From Paragordius varius (lineage: Eukaryota > Animalia > Nematomorpha), in the NCBI GenBank assembly GCA_964247055.1, contig OZ176055.1, positions 10,049,836 to 10,113,835 on the forward strand: a stretch of 64,000 nucleotides of DNA, written 5' to 3'. Both the position numbers and the translations under genes were made by a program. The notes beneath the pieces are model-generated. The model made no database searches, was not told the origin of the DNA, and saw only the letters and a program-made list of their open reading frames with translations. Positions within the stretch are counted from its first letter, which is position 1. Each line of letters opens with the position of its first letter. This document shows positions 13,901 through 26,303 of this stretch, one piece after another.

Positions 13901-16470
13901 GTATATTAAGTTTACATCCATCCGTCACCGAAACCACCCCTTTTCAATATTAGGATAGATGGAGTTAGGAATGTTGGACAACTGATTTTGATGTAACTGT
14001 GCTATTGGATTATCGTATATTAAGTTTACATCCATCCGTCACCGAAACCACCCCTTTTCAATATTAGGATAGATGGAGTTAAGAATGTTGGACAACTGAT
14101 TTTGATGTAACTGTGCTATTGGATTATCGTATATAGAGTTTACATCCATCCGTCACCGAAACCACCCCTTTTCAATATTAGGATAGATGGAGTTAGGAAT
14201 GTTGGACAACTGATTTTGATGTAACTGTGCTATTGGATTATCGTATATTAAGTTTACATCCATCCGTCACCGAAACCACCCCTTTTCAATATTAGGATAG
14301 ATGGAGTTAGGAATGTTGGACAACTGATTTTGATGTAACTGTGCTATTGGATTATCGTATATTAAGTTTACATCCATCCGTCACCGAAACCACCCCTTTT
14401 CAGTATTAGGATAGATGGAGTTAAGAATGTTGGACAACTGATTTTGATGTAACTGTGCTATTGGATTATCGTATATTAAGTTTACATCCATCCGTCACCG
14501 AAACCACCCCTTTTCAATATTAGGATAGATGGAGTTAGGAATGTTGGACAACTGATTTTGATGTAACTGTGCTATTGGATTATCGTATATTAAGTTTACA
14601 TCCATCCGTCACCGAAACCACCCCTTTTCAATATTAGGATAGATGGAGTTAGGAATGTTGGACAACTGATTTTGATGTAACTGTGCTATTGGATTATCGT
14701 ATATTAAGTTTACATCCATCCGTCACCGAAACCACCCCTTTTCAATATTAGGATAGATGGAGTTAGGAATGTTGGACAACTGATTTTGATGTAACTGTGT
14801 TAATGGATTATCGTATATTAAGTTTACATCCATCCGTCACCGAAACCACCCCTTTTCAATATTAGGATAGATGGAGTTAGGAATGTTGGACAACTGATTT
14901 TGATGTAACTGTGCTATTGGATTATCGTATATTAAGTTTACATCCATCCGTCACCGAAACCACCCCTTTTCAATATTAGGATAGATGGAGTTAAGAATGT
15001 TGGACAACTGATTTTGATGTAACTGTGCTATTGGATTATCGTATATAGAGTTTACATCCATCCGTCACCGAAACCACCCCTTTTCAGTATTAGGATAGAT
15101 GGAGTTAGTAATGTTGGACAACTGATTGATGTAACTGTGCTATTGGATTATCGTATATTAAGTTTACATCCATCCGTCACCGAAACCACCCCTTTTCAAT
15201 ATTAGGATAGATGGAGTTAGGAATGTTGGACAACTGATTTTGATGTAACTGTGCAATTGGATTATCGTATATTAAGTTTACATCCATCCGTCACCGAAAC
15301 CACCCCTTTTCAGTATTAGGATAGATGGAGTTAGGAATGTTGGACAACTGATTTTGATGTAACTGTGTTAATGGATTATCGTATATTAAGTTTACATCCA
15401 TCCGTCACCGAAACCACCCCTTTTCAGTATTAGGATAGATGGAGTTAAGAATGTTGGACAACTGATTTTGATGTAACTGTGCTATTGGATTATCGTATAT
15501 TAAGTTTACATCCATCCGTCACCGAAACCACCCCTTTTCAATATTAGGATAGATGGAGTTAGGAATGTTGGACAACTGATTTTGATGTAACTGTGCAATT
15601 GGATTATCGTATATTAAGTTTACATCCATCCGTCACCGAAACCACCCCTTTTCAGTATTAGGATAGATGGAGTTAGGAATGTTGGACAACTGATTTTGAT
15701 GTAACTGTGTTAATGGATTATCGTATATTAAGTTTACATCCATCCGTCACCGAAACCACCCCTTTTCAGTATTAGGATAGATGGAGTTAAGAATGTTGGA
15801 CAACTGATTTTGATGTAACTGTGCTATTGGATTATCGTATATTAAGTTTACATCCATCCGTCACCGAAACCACCCCTTTTCAATATTAGGATAGATGGAG
15901 TTAGGAATGTTGGACAACTGATTTTGATGTAACTGTGCAATTGGATTATCGTATATTAAGTTTACATCCATCCGTCACCGAAACCACCCCTTTTCAGTAT
16001 TAGGATAGATGGAGTTAGGAATGTTGGACAACTGATTTTGATGTAACTGTGTTAATGGATTATCGTATATTAAGTTTACATCCATCTGTCACCGAAACCA
16101 CCCCTTTTCAGTATTAGGATAGATGGAGTTAGTAATGTTGGACAACTGATTTTGATGTAACTGTGCTATTGGATTATCGTATATTAAGTTTACATCCATC
16201 CGTCACCGAAACCACCCCTTTTCAGTATTAGGATAGATGGAGTTAGGAATGTTGGACAACTGATTTTGATGTAACTGTGCTATTGGATTATCGTATATTA
16301 AGTTTACATCCATCCGTCACCGAAACCACCCCTTTTCAGTATTAGGATAGATGGAGTTAGGAATGTTGGACAACTGATTTTGATGTAACTGTGCTATTGG
16401 ATTATCGTATATTAAGTTTACATCCATCCGTCACCGAAACCGCGACGTTTCAGTATGAGGATGGATGAAG
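4942..16470. repeat. Tandem satellite, 113-114-bp unit, about 100 copies
   Basis: Consensus GAGTTTACATCCATCCGTCACCGAAACCACCCCTTTTCAGTATTAGGATAGATGGAGTTAGGAATGTTGGACAACTGATTTTGATGTAACTGTGCTATTGGATTATCGTATATA. Measured periods are 113 (4981 to 5094) and 114 (9921 to 10035). Confidence 0.97.
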
Positions 16471-17078
16471 GTGAATTATTGTTAAAATTAAAAAAACATT
16501 AAATTTAATAAAATGATTGTTGCTCAAATTATAGGAGTTCATGCTTATAACAATTATTTAAATAGATTAAAAATCCTATTATACCAAATATTTGACGTTC
16601 AAGACATTAAAATAAAAGACAAATTTTTATATTAAAAACAACCATACATATAACCTAGATATCGTTGTTTTAGCTATTTCGTATGTATAGTTACGCCATA
16701 TTGCAAGATATTTCCTACATAAATTATATAATTGCAAAAGTTATATAATTGAGATAAATCCCTGTTTCACATAAAGAGATGATAAATTTAAAGGGAATTA
16801 AGAGAAGATATGGTTAATTTTTTGTAAAAAATTATTTAATTTTAACACGTTGTCTTTGCAGTGCAAATTACTCTAAATTTCCCTCAATAATGAATAAAAA
16901 ATGCTATAAATTCATTTCAAAGTATTACCCTATATCCAAGATGATAACTTATAATAGCCTAATTTTTGGGAAATATTTTTGAAACTTTTTGCTTGATATC
17001 AACCTACTTTAGGGCTCTCATATTTACATGACAATCAAATATTCTATTTCTTTAAATTGGCTTTAATGCTATATAACA

Positions 17079-18749
17079 CAGGGCTTCTTAAACTATGGGT
17101 CCCGACCCCATTTAAGGTCGCCTAGCAAAATTATGGGGTCGCGAGCGATGAAAATACAATTTAACAAAAAATGTTTTTTAACTTGTAAAATTTTTTATAA
17201 ATTCATCGTAGATAAATATATCATAAAATCTTCTGGTTCGGAAAAACTGTTTATACCAGCATTTAAATGATCATTATATTCCATATATTATAAAAATAAA
17301 AAATTCTGGCTTTGTGATCTGTTTCCGGAAAACCGGAAGACCTATTCAAATCCAAATGTCAAAAAAATTAATCATTAATGAATGCCCCGACAATACCATA
17401 ACCCATTTTTTGAATTAAGCCCCCATCGGGCCCCCGTGTAAAAAACGTTTTTTTTAAAATCAGAAGCCCACAAAAATCGTGTCTTTGAAACAATTTTCCG
17501 GAAAACGTGTAGGACCATTCGATTTCAAATATGATTTTTTTACTTTTTTTTCGATTGCGCGAACATAGTCGGCTTACTTTAAATTTAGGCTCTATTTTTA
17601 CCCGCTCCCTCCGTAAAATGCCATTTTTTTCATAAAAAACAAAATATTTTTTGCCCAGGGTATGAGACCGTTAAAATTTAGTGAGGATTCCAGGTATTCC
17701 CTATTAAAAGGCAAAAATTTTAGTCCTGCGTTTTATTAATATTGGCTGCTGGGTAAACGATAGCCGCTAAAACTGCGCCACTATATAGAAATTGCGTTGT
17801 TTTGGAGCTAATTTCCAGAAAATTTATGAGGCCATATGAGATAATTAAAAGCTTGAAATAATCGGGCTTTTATTATTAGCCGTTAATTGGGACCTTTATG
17901 CCCTAAAAATACGCCATCATGTAACGATTATTTAGTGTTGAAGTATTTTTTTGAAGAACCCATGCGATGGTATCAAAGATGATTCCAAATATTTTCCCTA
18001 TAAAGGCAAAAAATTTAACTCAGCGCTTTTCCCATATAAGTCTATGGGTAGGGATCTGGTTTAGACGCCATACAAAAATGGCGTAGTTTTGGAGCTGATT
18101 TTTAAAAAACTTAAGAAGCCATGCGAGATCAGTTAAACACATTTTTGGGGAATTTGTATAATATCATTCTTTCTTTTAAAAAGGGACCACAAACGATTTA
18201 CTTTTTATATCCCTTGGTCTCAGCTGTTGGAACACTTTTCAAAATAGACTTTTTAAACATGATTTTGTAAAACGAAAATCTTAAAATAAATCTAATGATA
18301 GTTGAATATTAACTTTAATAAGGGACAGTTGAAATATGGTCCATTTCGAGTAACAATATTTGAGCCTATGCAAAAACCCGTAAAAGAATAATTAAAGACA
18401 TTCTTTTTATTACATATGTTTTTTATTATTTTTTTATCTCCATTAACTCTATTTATTGCAAATTATTAAGAATGATTATCGGTGAGACTACGTCACAGCG
18501 AAGCGTGACAGGGCCCGCTAGTATCTTGTATAAATTTACTATTAATCAGAAAATATTCTAGAAATTTATAAAAAAATTTAGATTTTTTGTCAATCTCTTT
18601 AAACCAAAACAATCCTGATAAATATTATCAACAAAATTTCTAAGTGTTATTTTGAAGAAACTATTATTTTTCTTTTATATTTGTTGGGGTCGTGAAGAAA
18701 CTCGCAATCATAAATGGGGTGGGAAACTACAAAAGTTTAAGAAGCCCGG
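17079..18749. mobile_element. Non-autonomous hAT (Charlie-like) DNA transposon, 1671 bp
   Basis: TIRs CAGGGCTTCTTAAACT / AGTTTAAGAAGCCCGG; perfect 8-bp TSD ATATAACA at 17071-17078 and 18750-18757; GGGGTC subterminal motifs at both ends; no transposase ORF. Confidence 0.88.
18490..18521 (+). mobile_element. Helitron 3' terminus nested in the hAT element
   Basis: Hairpin GTCAC-AGCGAAGC-GTGAC, then AGGGCCCG, then CTAG followed by T: the canonical Helitron 3' architecture. The 5' TC end was not located. Confidence 0.7.
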
Positions 18750-19144
18750 ATATAACATATAATATTCAGAATAATAAATTAGATTTGGCAGAAATATGAA
18801 TTTTTAAAATATTAATAAATGAAATTTTTTTACTGATTATACATGTCTTTATAAATAATTATTATAGGCCTAAAAGTGAATCACACAACAATATAAGGGC
18901 TGTCTGTGAACGATAAATGTTTCATTAGTTTTTGTAAACATCACAAGGATTAATTTTTTTAATTTAACAAAATAGATTCCCACATCAAGTGGAATTATTT
19001 AAATTTCGCTAACAACGTATACTTTGTAATTAAATAATTAAAAAGGACATTCATCATCACGTTTTTTATCTAACAAAATTAACTGATAAATATCTTCATG
19101 TGTTATATATAATAAAATTTATTAAATAAAACATGATCAATTAA

Positions 19145-22100
19145 TTAATTCCCTTTAAAAATTGGTTTCCTTTTTTCGGTAAATGCTTTTAAGCCTTCCA
19201 ATCTGTCGTTTGAATAAATTACCTAAATATTATAAAATTTATTATAGACAAATTGTTCAATGGCATAATTGATTATTGGAATATTACGTACAGTTTCATA
19301 ACAAGTTCTTTCGATTTCTAAACCATTTTCTATTGTTGTGTCCATCCCTTCATCTATGGCTTTTTTAGCACAACGAATACTCAAAGGACTCTACAAAAAT
19401 AAAGCACAAAAAAGTTTTAAAAGTTATAATTTAGAAGAAGGTTGCTAATAATTTGTCCTAAATCAATAGAAAAAAAATCGATTAACACTAGCTTAATTAA
19501 TTATCTCATACAAAAACCTATTTTAAATTTTACATTAAGTTAAATAATATATTTGGATATAATTTTAGCTGAATTATTTACACAATTTTGCAAAATTTGA
19601 GTTGCTAATTCCAGGGATCTCTCGTAAGCTGGGAAAATGACATTCTCATTTTCGTTTGAATTCTCTATTATAATAAATGAGCTATAATTATAAAAAATGA
19701 TTAAAAATTTGTAATCTAATCGGATATAGACATATTTAATATTTTTCACCGGTTCAAAGTAATATTTAGACCTAAAAATAAGGTTCCATTTGTTTTACAC
19801 ATTCCAAAAAATGTCAAGAAAGTCCAATTATGGATAAACAAGCAAAACGTAAAAAAAGATAAATATTTGTCTCAAAAGACAACCATACTTTTTAAATCTA
19901 AAATTTTCCTTATAATTATTTAGTCAAAATCGTTATATATTTAATTAATTATGTTAGCATATACATCTCTGTTTCCTACTTTTCAAATTTAAACAATGAG
20001 TTAAAATTTAAAAAATCGAGGTTTAAAAAGTATGGATGTCCTTTAAAAAAACATATTTGTCTTTAATTTTTTTCGTTTTGCCCGTATAAATTCTACTTTT
20101 ACTTCATATACCAAAACAAAGGAATTCTATTAATAAAGATTCAGGTAAAAAATTGGAAAAAGTAACTTTTAAAAAAACATTTTTTCCTTGAATCGTTAAT
20201 CGGGTTATTAACCGCCTCTAAAATAAGCATAATAATTTTGGTCAAAAATAATTGGTGGTTCCAAAAAGGGTTTTTAAGTTTAGTGTTTGAATTAAAAACC
20301 TGTCTGTATGTGGTCAATTTTGATAGATTGATTGACTAAACCAAGTTGTTCGGCTAATTTTCCATCGATAATAGAACCGGAGAAAATGAGTTCTTTAGCT
20401 TTAAGAGTGCCAATCAGTCTTGCTAATCTTTGGGTTCCACCTTCAATTTTTAAAAAGGAAAATAATTCTTAAAAATTGCGTAGTTTTTCTTAAAGGAAAA
20501 GCTCTATAAACATAAAATATATTTAGATTTATGCGTTCCGTCTTACAACATTATAAAGCAGTGCTTTCAAACCTTTTTTTGTTCACGCACATTAAAAATA
20601 AAAAAAAATATTTTATATTATAATCCCAATCAATAAGATCCCTACATCTGCATTTTTCATTCATTTTTTCCATATCGCTTACAAATTATGATAATTCGCG
20701 CCTGAAATTCTTCGATTTGTTTAAAGTTTTTTATTTTAAATTGTCCAAATTATTCGCGTTGAAAAGCACTGTGCTAAAGCCTTCACTAAGCGCAAAAATT
20801 TAGTAAAATTTGAACAAAATGAACCCAAATGAAAAGGTTATTAGAATTTATATATAAAATAAATTATTAAATTCACCGTTAACATATATTCAAAAATCTA
20901 TACCAGCTCCGGGAATAATGCCTAATTTTGTTTCAACTAAACCAAGCTTAGAAGTGTCAGCTAAAGTGATATATATTGATACATATATATACAGTAAAAA
21001 TTAAAAGTGCTAAAATTAAGATATTAGAGATAACCCCTATGATTTATGTTAAAATATGCGATAGAGTTTTTCTTTTTTTGAAAAAACTATAAACAAAGGA
21101 TAAAAATGGTCATTATATTAAAATAAATATTTACCTATTTATTTAACGTTTGGTCTTTTCAATAATTATATTCACATATCAAAAGTATAATCAAATACTG
21201 GTTATTCTCATATCAGCTGATAAGGCCAATTCTAAACCTCCACCAAAAGCTGAACCATCTAAAGCCGCAATCGTTAATTGAGGAAGTCGATAGAAACGTT
21301 GGAAAAGATTGCGCATTTTTTGAACATGATCTCCGACCCGTTCTATTGGCATACATATTCTTTCTTTAAGATCTGCCCCTAAAAAATGATAAAAACTGAT
21401 AGCTGAATAACACTCATATAGAAATAACCACATAAAAAAATATCAAAAATAAATCCTTTACTTAAATGTGTAAAATACTGTCATTTTATTAAGAAAAGCA
21501 TTATCTTTGTTTTATGTGTATACCCTAACGTGTGATTAAATTGTAAAGTAAATTTTAGATATCTAACAACTTTAGGTTCTTCCATATCAATAAAATCACG
21601 GATAGGGAAGGGATAATTTAGATGATAAAATTAATAAAAATTGTTTTTTGGAGCATTAAGTTTTGAATTTTTAATGATGGCTTTTGACAAACATTCTCAT
21701 TCTGGTTTCTATTAAGACAAAAATATCGTTTTAGAAATATCTTTCTAACAATAAAAGTAAATGAACTTCTTATTAAATGTGGAGATTGCAAATCTCACAC
21801 AGTATCTGCTTATTTTCCACTCATAGTTAGGATAATTCCCTAATGAAAATGGAAACATTTTAAAAGAATTAGTATGAAACTTTCAACAGGTGTTTCCAAC
21901 AAGGCCAACCAGCACCTTGGACTTAAAAAACGATTTCCTCTCTACAACTAATCCAAAAAATAATTCTCATAGTAATATTCGAATAAAACAAATTAAAATA
22001 AAAAATAAGGTTAATACTCGTCCACAGCTATCATTAAAATAGTCAAAACAAATTTTATTCATCATTTAAATTATTTTTTGTTCGTGATTTACTGATCTGA

Positions 22101-22580
22101 ATTAAATCTGGGAAAACTTAAAAAGAAGACTATGGACGAAACTCGTTACAGAGCTCGGATCTAGGTCGAAAAAGTGGAGCCAATATTTAATGGGTTCTTT
22201 TTTCTTAAAAATTAAATATTTTTAATTAATGGAAAAAAGACCTGAGCAAAAAACACCGGGAACAAGGCTACGTAAGATGATTGCATGACAATTAGTTTCT
22301 TTTGAAGCGGTTTTAACGTGATTCGACAGCTATATTATGTAAAATATATTTTCAAACTAAATAAAATTACATATTAAAAGTTTAGTTTTATTTGAGATAA
22401 AATGGATTAAATTAGCATTACTAAATCGAGCATTTCTAAATTTAAGGCATTTTTTACAGTTGGTCTGTTTAACTCAATAACATAAATTCCTACAATAATT
22501 TTAGATATACCCAATTTTTTATCGATTATTTTGAAAGTGCAGATATTCTTCACACCTGCAATGTCAAATTTTTGAGACAT
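19145..22580 (-). CDS. AUH: Methylglutaconyl-CoA hydratase / AU-binding enoyl-CoA hydratase (crotonase family), about 9 exons
   Basis: Exons join with GT-AG and matching phase: [17 protein letters not shown] (~22421-22489), [12 protein letters not shown] (22242-22329), GADLKER...[17 protein letters not shown] (~21205-21379), [26 protein letters not shown]...[31 protein letters not shown] (19292-19390), [20 protein letters not shown]-stop (19145-19222). The start codon is uncertain (MSQKFD taken). Confidence 0.88.
20559..20771. mobile_element. Short hAT-type MITE in an AUH intron
   Basis: TIRs CAGTGCTTTCAAAC / GTTGAAAAGCACTG; flanks TTATAAAG and TGCTAAAG match 6/8 as a decayed 8-bp TSD. Confidence 0.65.
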
Positions 22581-23574
22581 GCAGTAAAATAATTTTAAAC
22601 GCAGTTAAATTAACCCATGCGAGACGATTTTTTTATAGTAAATCATATGCTAAACCTAAAAAACTATATTAGTTTAGTTTTTAAAGCGAAAAGGAGTTTT
22701 TCGAACAATATAAAACTCTATTTGTTGTCATATTTTTATAAATATATTAAATATCCAGATGTATAAGGACTATGAGGTAGTATCGTCCGTTAAGTAACAG
22801 TAATTATGGCAAATACAAATAGATTTAATATAAGGCTGCTCTATTCTTTAAAACTCTTTATAAAATATATTTAAAAGTGTTGTAAAATATTTTACGATTT
22901 TAATAACCTACAAAAAATAGGTAGCAAATGTATCATAATTATGATGATGCTTTCGGTTTTAAACCTTATGAATGATATATGAAAGTTATTTATACTTTTG
23001 TGGTGGAAAATGGCAAAATTTGAGCAAATCATTTGTAATAAAAGTTTTAATGAAAGCTGATTTCCAAATTCCAAAAAACACTAAATATATCATAAACTAC
23101 CTATAAAGGCAAACCTATATTTTTACAATAATTTAATTTTTGGATGTTGGCTGCGTCACATTTTTTCCCTCTTCTAAAATGAGCTAGTGCTTCTAGAATG
23201 AACACAAAAATGCCGTTCCGCCATAAAATATTTAAATAAAATTTTTTTATGTAAAAAAAATTATTCAAAAAAACACATACTTTTAGGAAAATTGTATTTA
23301 GAAAAAAATATTTGCCTTTATATTTTTACGTTTTGTTCGTATTTAAGTTTTTACTATATATTGTCAATATTGTTTAAATTTTTAACATTCTTATGGTGCT
23401 ATTCGGCTTTTTTTGGCTTCAAATAAATTATCCCAATTTAGAAGGGTCCTATTACATTTTCAGAATCCAAGTTTATATGAAATGTATTTTAAAATTAAGA
23501 CTTAATTATATTAAAAAAAATTGAATATACCACATATTTCTAAAACCGACCCCCTTATTAACACCATTCCTTAA

Positions 23575-24143
23575 CACTTCGATTCATATTGGGGTATCTA
23601 AATGCCCCAGATTAAATTTGAGCTAAGCTTTTTATAAAACTACTGAAGGAAACGGTCCCAATTTAAATTTATGCGTCTATCCTAATAAAAATTATATAAA
23701 TATGCCAAAATATCTAAATAAAATTTTGTTTTAAAAAAAAGTTTCATGTCAAACTACTTCGAGACCATTTTTATTTTACAAAATTTTTGCAAAATATCGT
23801 TTTCATTTAATTTAAATGGTAAAATTAAAGCTAATTTTTTATTTAAATTACATCTAACTTTAATATATATAGAAAAAGCTGTTTATTTAATTATTTTTCA
23901 ATCTTATAATTGCACGCACGCGTTGAGTAAATTTTTACCTTTCGATTTTAGCTTAAAATAAAATATCAAGTATTTTTGAATAAACTTTTTTATATATTTC
24001 GGTTTAATAACGTTATATAAGTGCAAGATTTTGCCATGGTTTTGATTCCTTACATTTTTAAAGAATTTAATTTTAAACAGGCCGCGGGTATTTAACACCC
24101 CCAATTAATCGAAGGACTAAAATGAATGATTTTTACCCAAGTG
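23575..24143 (-). mobile_element. piggyBac-type MITE (family B)
   Basis: TTAA-CACTTCGATTC...CCAAGTG-TTAA. The paralogous site at 37537-37540 has a single TTAA (CATTCC-TTAA-TATCGAC). Confidence 0.85.
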
Positions 24144-24619
24144 TTAATATCGACAACCATACTTTGAAAAGTATCTTTCTAATGATTATACATTTCATAC
24201 TTAAACCTACTTTGTGCATTTATATCATAAATATTCATTAGTATTTACACGCTCAAATATTTTGGACAAAAAATACCTCACCGTTAGTAATATCTCGTTT
24301 TGTGTAGTAAAATAATTTATAATTGTCATTTATGCAGGTGCTGTTATCTCTTTTTAAATAGTTGGTTTTTCACAAATCATTCTTAATAAAAAATCTGTGA
24401 TAATCTATCTTATCAGAATTTTTTTCTTTATCACTAATTTTGTGGATGGTGAGCAGGAATGATTTAATAGTTTTATTTTCCAAAAATACTGAAAAATTTA
24501 ACATCAGAATATAAGTTCGAATCAATACTTTTAATAAATAATATTTCTTACAATAAAGAAAAATATATTTGTTAATGGTATGGCAGAATATAAGTGTGCA
24601 TATATTTTTATATAGCTTT

Positions 24620-25520
24620 TTAATTCCGTGAACACATCAAATTCGGCAACATCTTCATCGTTTGTAGTTAGATCTATTCTAATTTCCTGTCCTCATCAGA
24701 ATTTCTATTATCATGACGGTTGTATTCCTCATCTAAATAAGATAAAAATAATAATAAAACTCACCAATAACTGTAACTTCACTGACCGCTTTTGTGGGCA
24801 ACATCCGCTTTAAAAAAAATTAAGGTCGTTTTTAAAAACTTGGTTCTTATAACGGGCTTATCTCACATCAATAATATTATTTGTTCTTATTATAAAAAAT
24901 TATGTTAATAAACTAATATATTCTTATTTGAAATCGTAAATAAGAAATTAACACATTTTCTAATCAACTCGGTTTCATTTTTGAATTATGAGTAATCATA
25001 ATTGAAAACGGTGTCGTGTATGGCTAAAACAAAATCGAAACTTTCTAATTTGCAAATAACTAGATTACCCCTTCTATCTGCCTCTTTATTATCATATTTA
25101 TGGCGATCCCTCGGATTTTTACTGGAATCAGAATTATTGTCCTGAGATTTATCGAATGAGTGGTCATTTTTTTCTTTGCTTGAATCTTTCAAATCTCTAT
25201 CACGTTATCTTTTAATAATATCATTCTTGCAATCCATATCTATATATTTTTGCCAAAATGGCGGTGGATTCTCTTCTCTGTCACTACTATTTCTGGTGGC
25301 ACCATTTTTTCTTTATTATCTGATGAAAACATTTACGTATTTCATGGACCAATAAACAAGTTTCAGTCCTTTTTAGTGGTTTGAATTACATTGACGATTC
25401 CATGTTTTAATGTGCTTTACTTTAAGTGGGCTATGATATCTGTATTCTTCTTTTGTTTTTAATACGATTATTTAACTGGCTAAGAACGGTAAGTAGGCGT
25501 TGAGCAAACCCTTCTTTGAA
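24620..25520 (-). other. Possible small multi-exon gene or pseudogene for a charged low-complexity (D/K/N/S/R-rich) protein; paralog at ~37990-38890
   Basis: Coding-like blocks are conserved between the duplicates (FAQRLL.VLS.LNNR; KDSSKEKNDHSFDKSQDNNSDSSKNPRD; NRNSDEDRK), with a GTAAAG donor after one block. The copies differ by frame-shifting indels, so no clean model could be built. Confidence 0.35.
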
Positions 25521-26303
25521 TTAAATTGATAATAAGTAAGCATAGGTATGGTATTTAGGAAAAATCTATAAATTTTTTATATAAATTAACGCATTTTCTT
25601 ACATTGTTTTTTTTAAAAATTTATAAAAAAACCATGGTAAGGTGTCCATTATAAAATTAAATAAGAAAAGTGTTTCAATAATTGTAATATATTAATTTGA
25701 AGCCACAGTTTACCAAAATTAATCGGATTGTTTTCATAAAATCCGATTTTCTGAACTATATCGTATATATAGCTAATATATCAATCGAAATTGTCATATA
25801 TTTGCCTTAATTTTGAATATAAAATATATATATAAATTGCCCAAGAAAACTATATCGCATACCGCTCGACAGGGATTACAAGCATTAAAAGAAATAAATA
25901 AAATAAATAAAAGACAATTATATCAATTTAGGTTAAAAATGAACGATATAAATGCTTTAGCTCCCAGCAAGATTTGATCATATTATAATTATAAAGTAAA
26001 CATATTAATATTATCATGACTCCTAAACGTATCAATCGATTCGAAGTTAATTTGTTTTTTAGGTAAAATTTTTATTTAATTGATACATAGATTATTATAA
26101 ATAATTCACTTTTAAAAATTGTATTTCAAAAAAATGTGCTATCAATGGGCGTTAAAAAATGAAAATTTTAACCAATTGTAAACGAAAAAAATGTTTTTTT
26201 AACCTAAAATTAAATAAAAATATTACACATAATGTTCATTGTGTGTTCAAGGCTATTTTACAATTCTTTGCGACAAAAAGCCAATTTCTTTAAATTAAAA
26301 AAA

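Noticed and set aside
4942-16420. Active hammerhead or twister ribozyme in each array unit
   Set aside because: CTGATTTTGATG and CGAAAC are present but no CUGANGA core adjoins a helix, and no twister GUCCCAAGC-type motif is present.
4942-16470. Array as a CRISPR locus or protein-coding repeat
   Set aside because: Units are near-identical end to end with no unique spacers, the context is eukaryotic, there are no cas genes, and the ORF track shows no ORF across the array.
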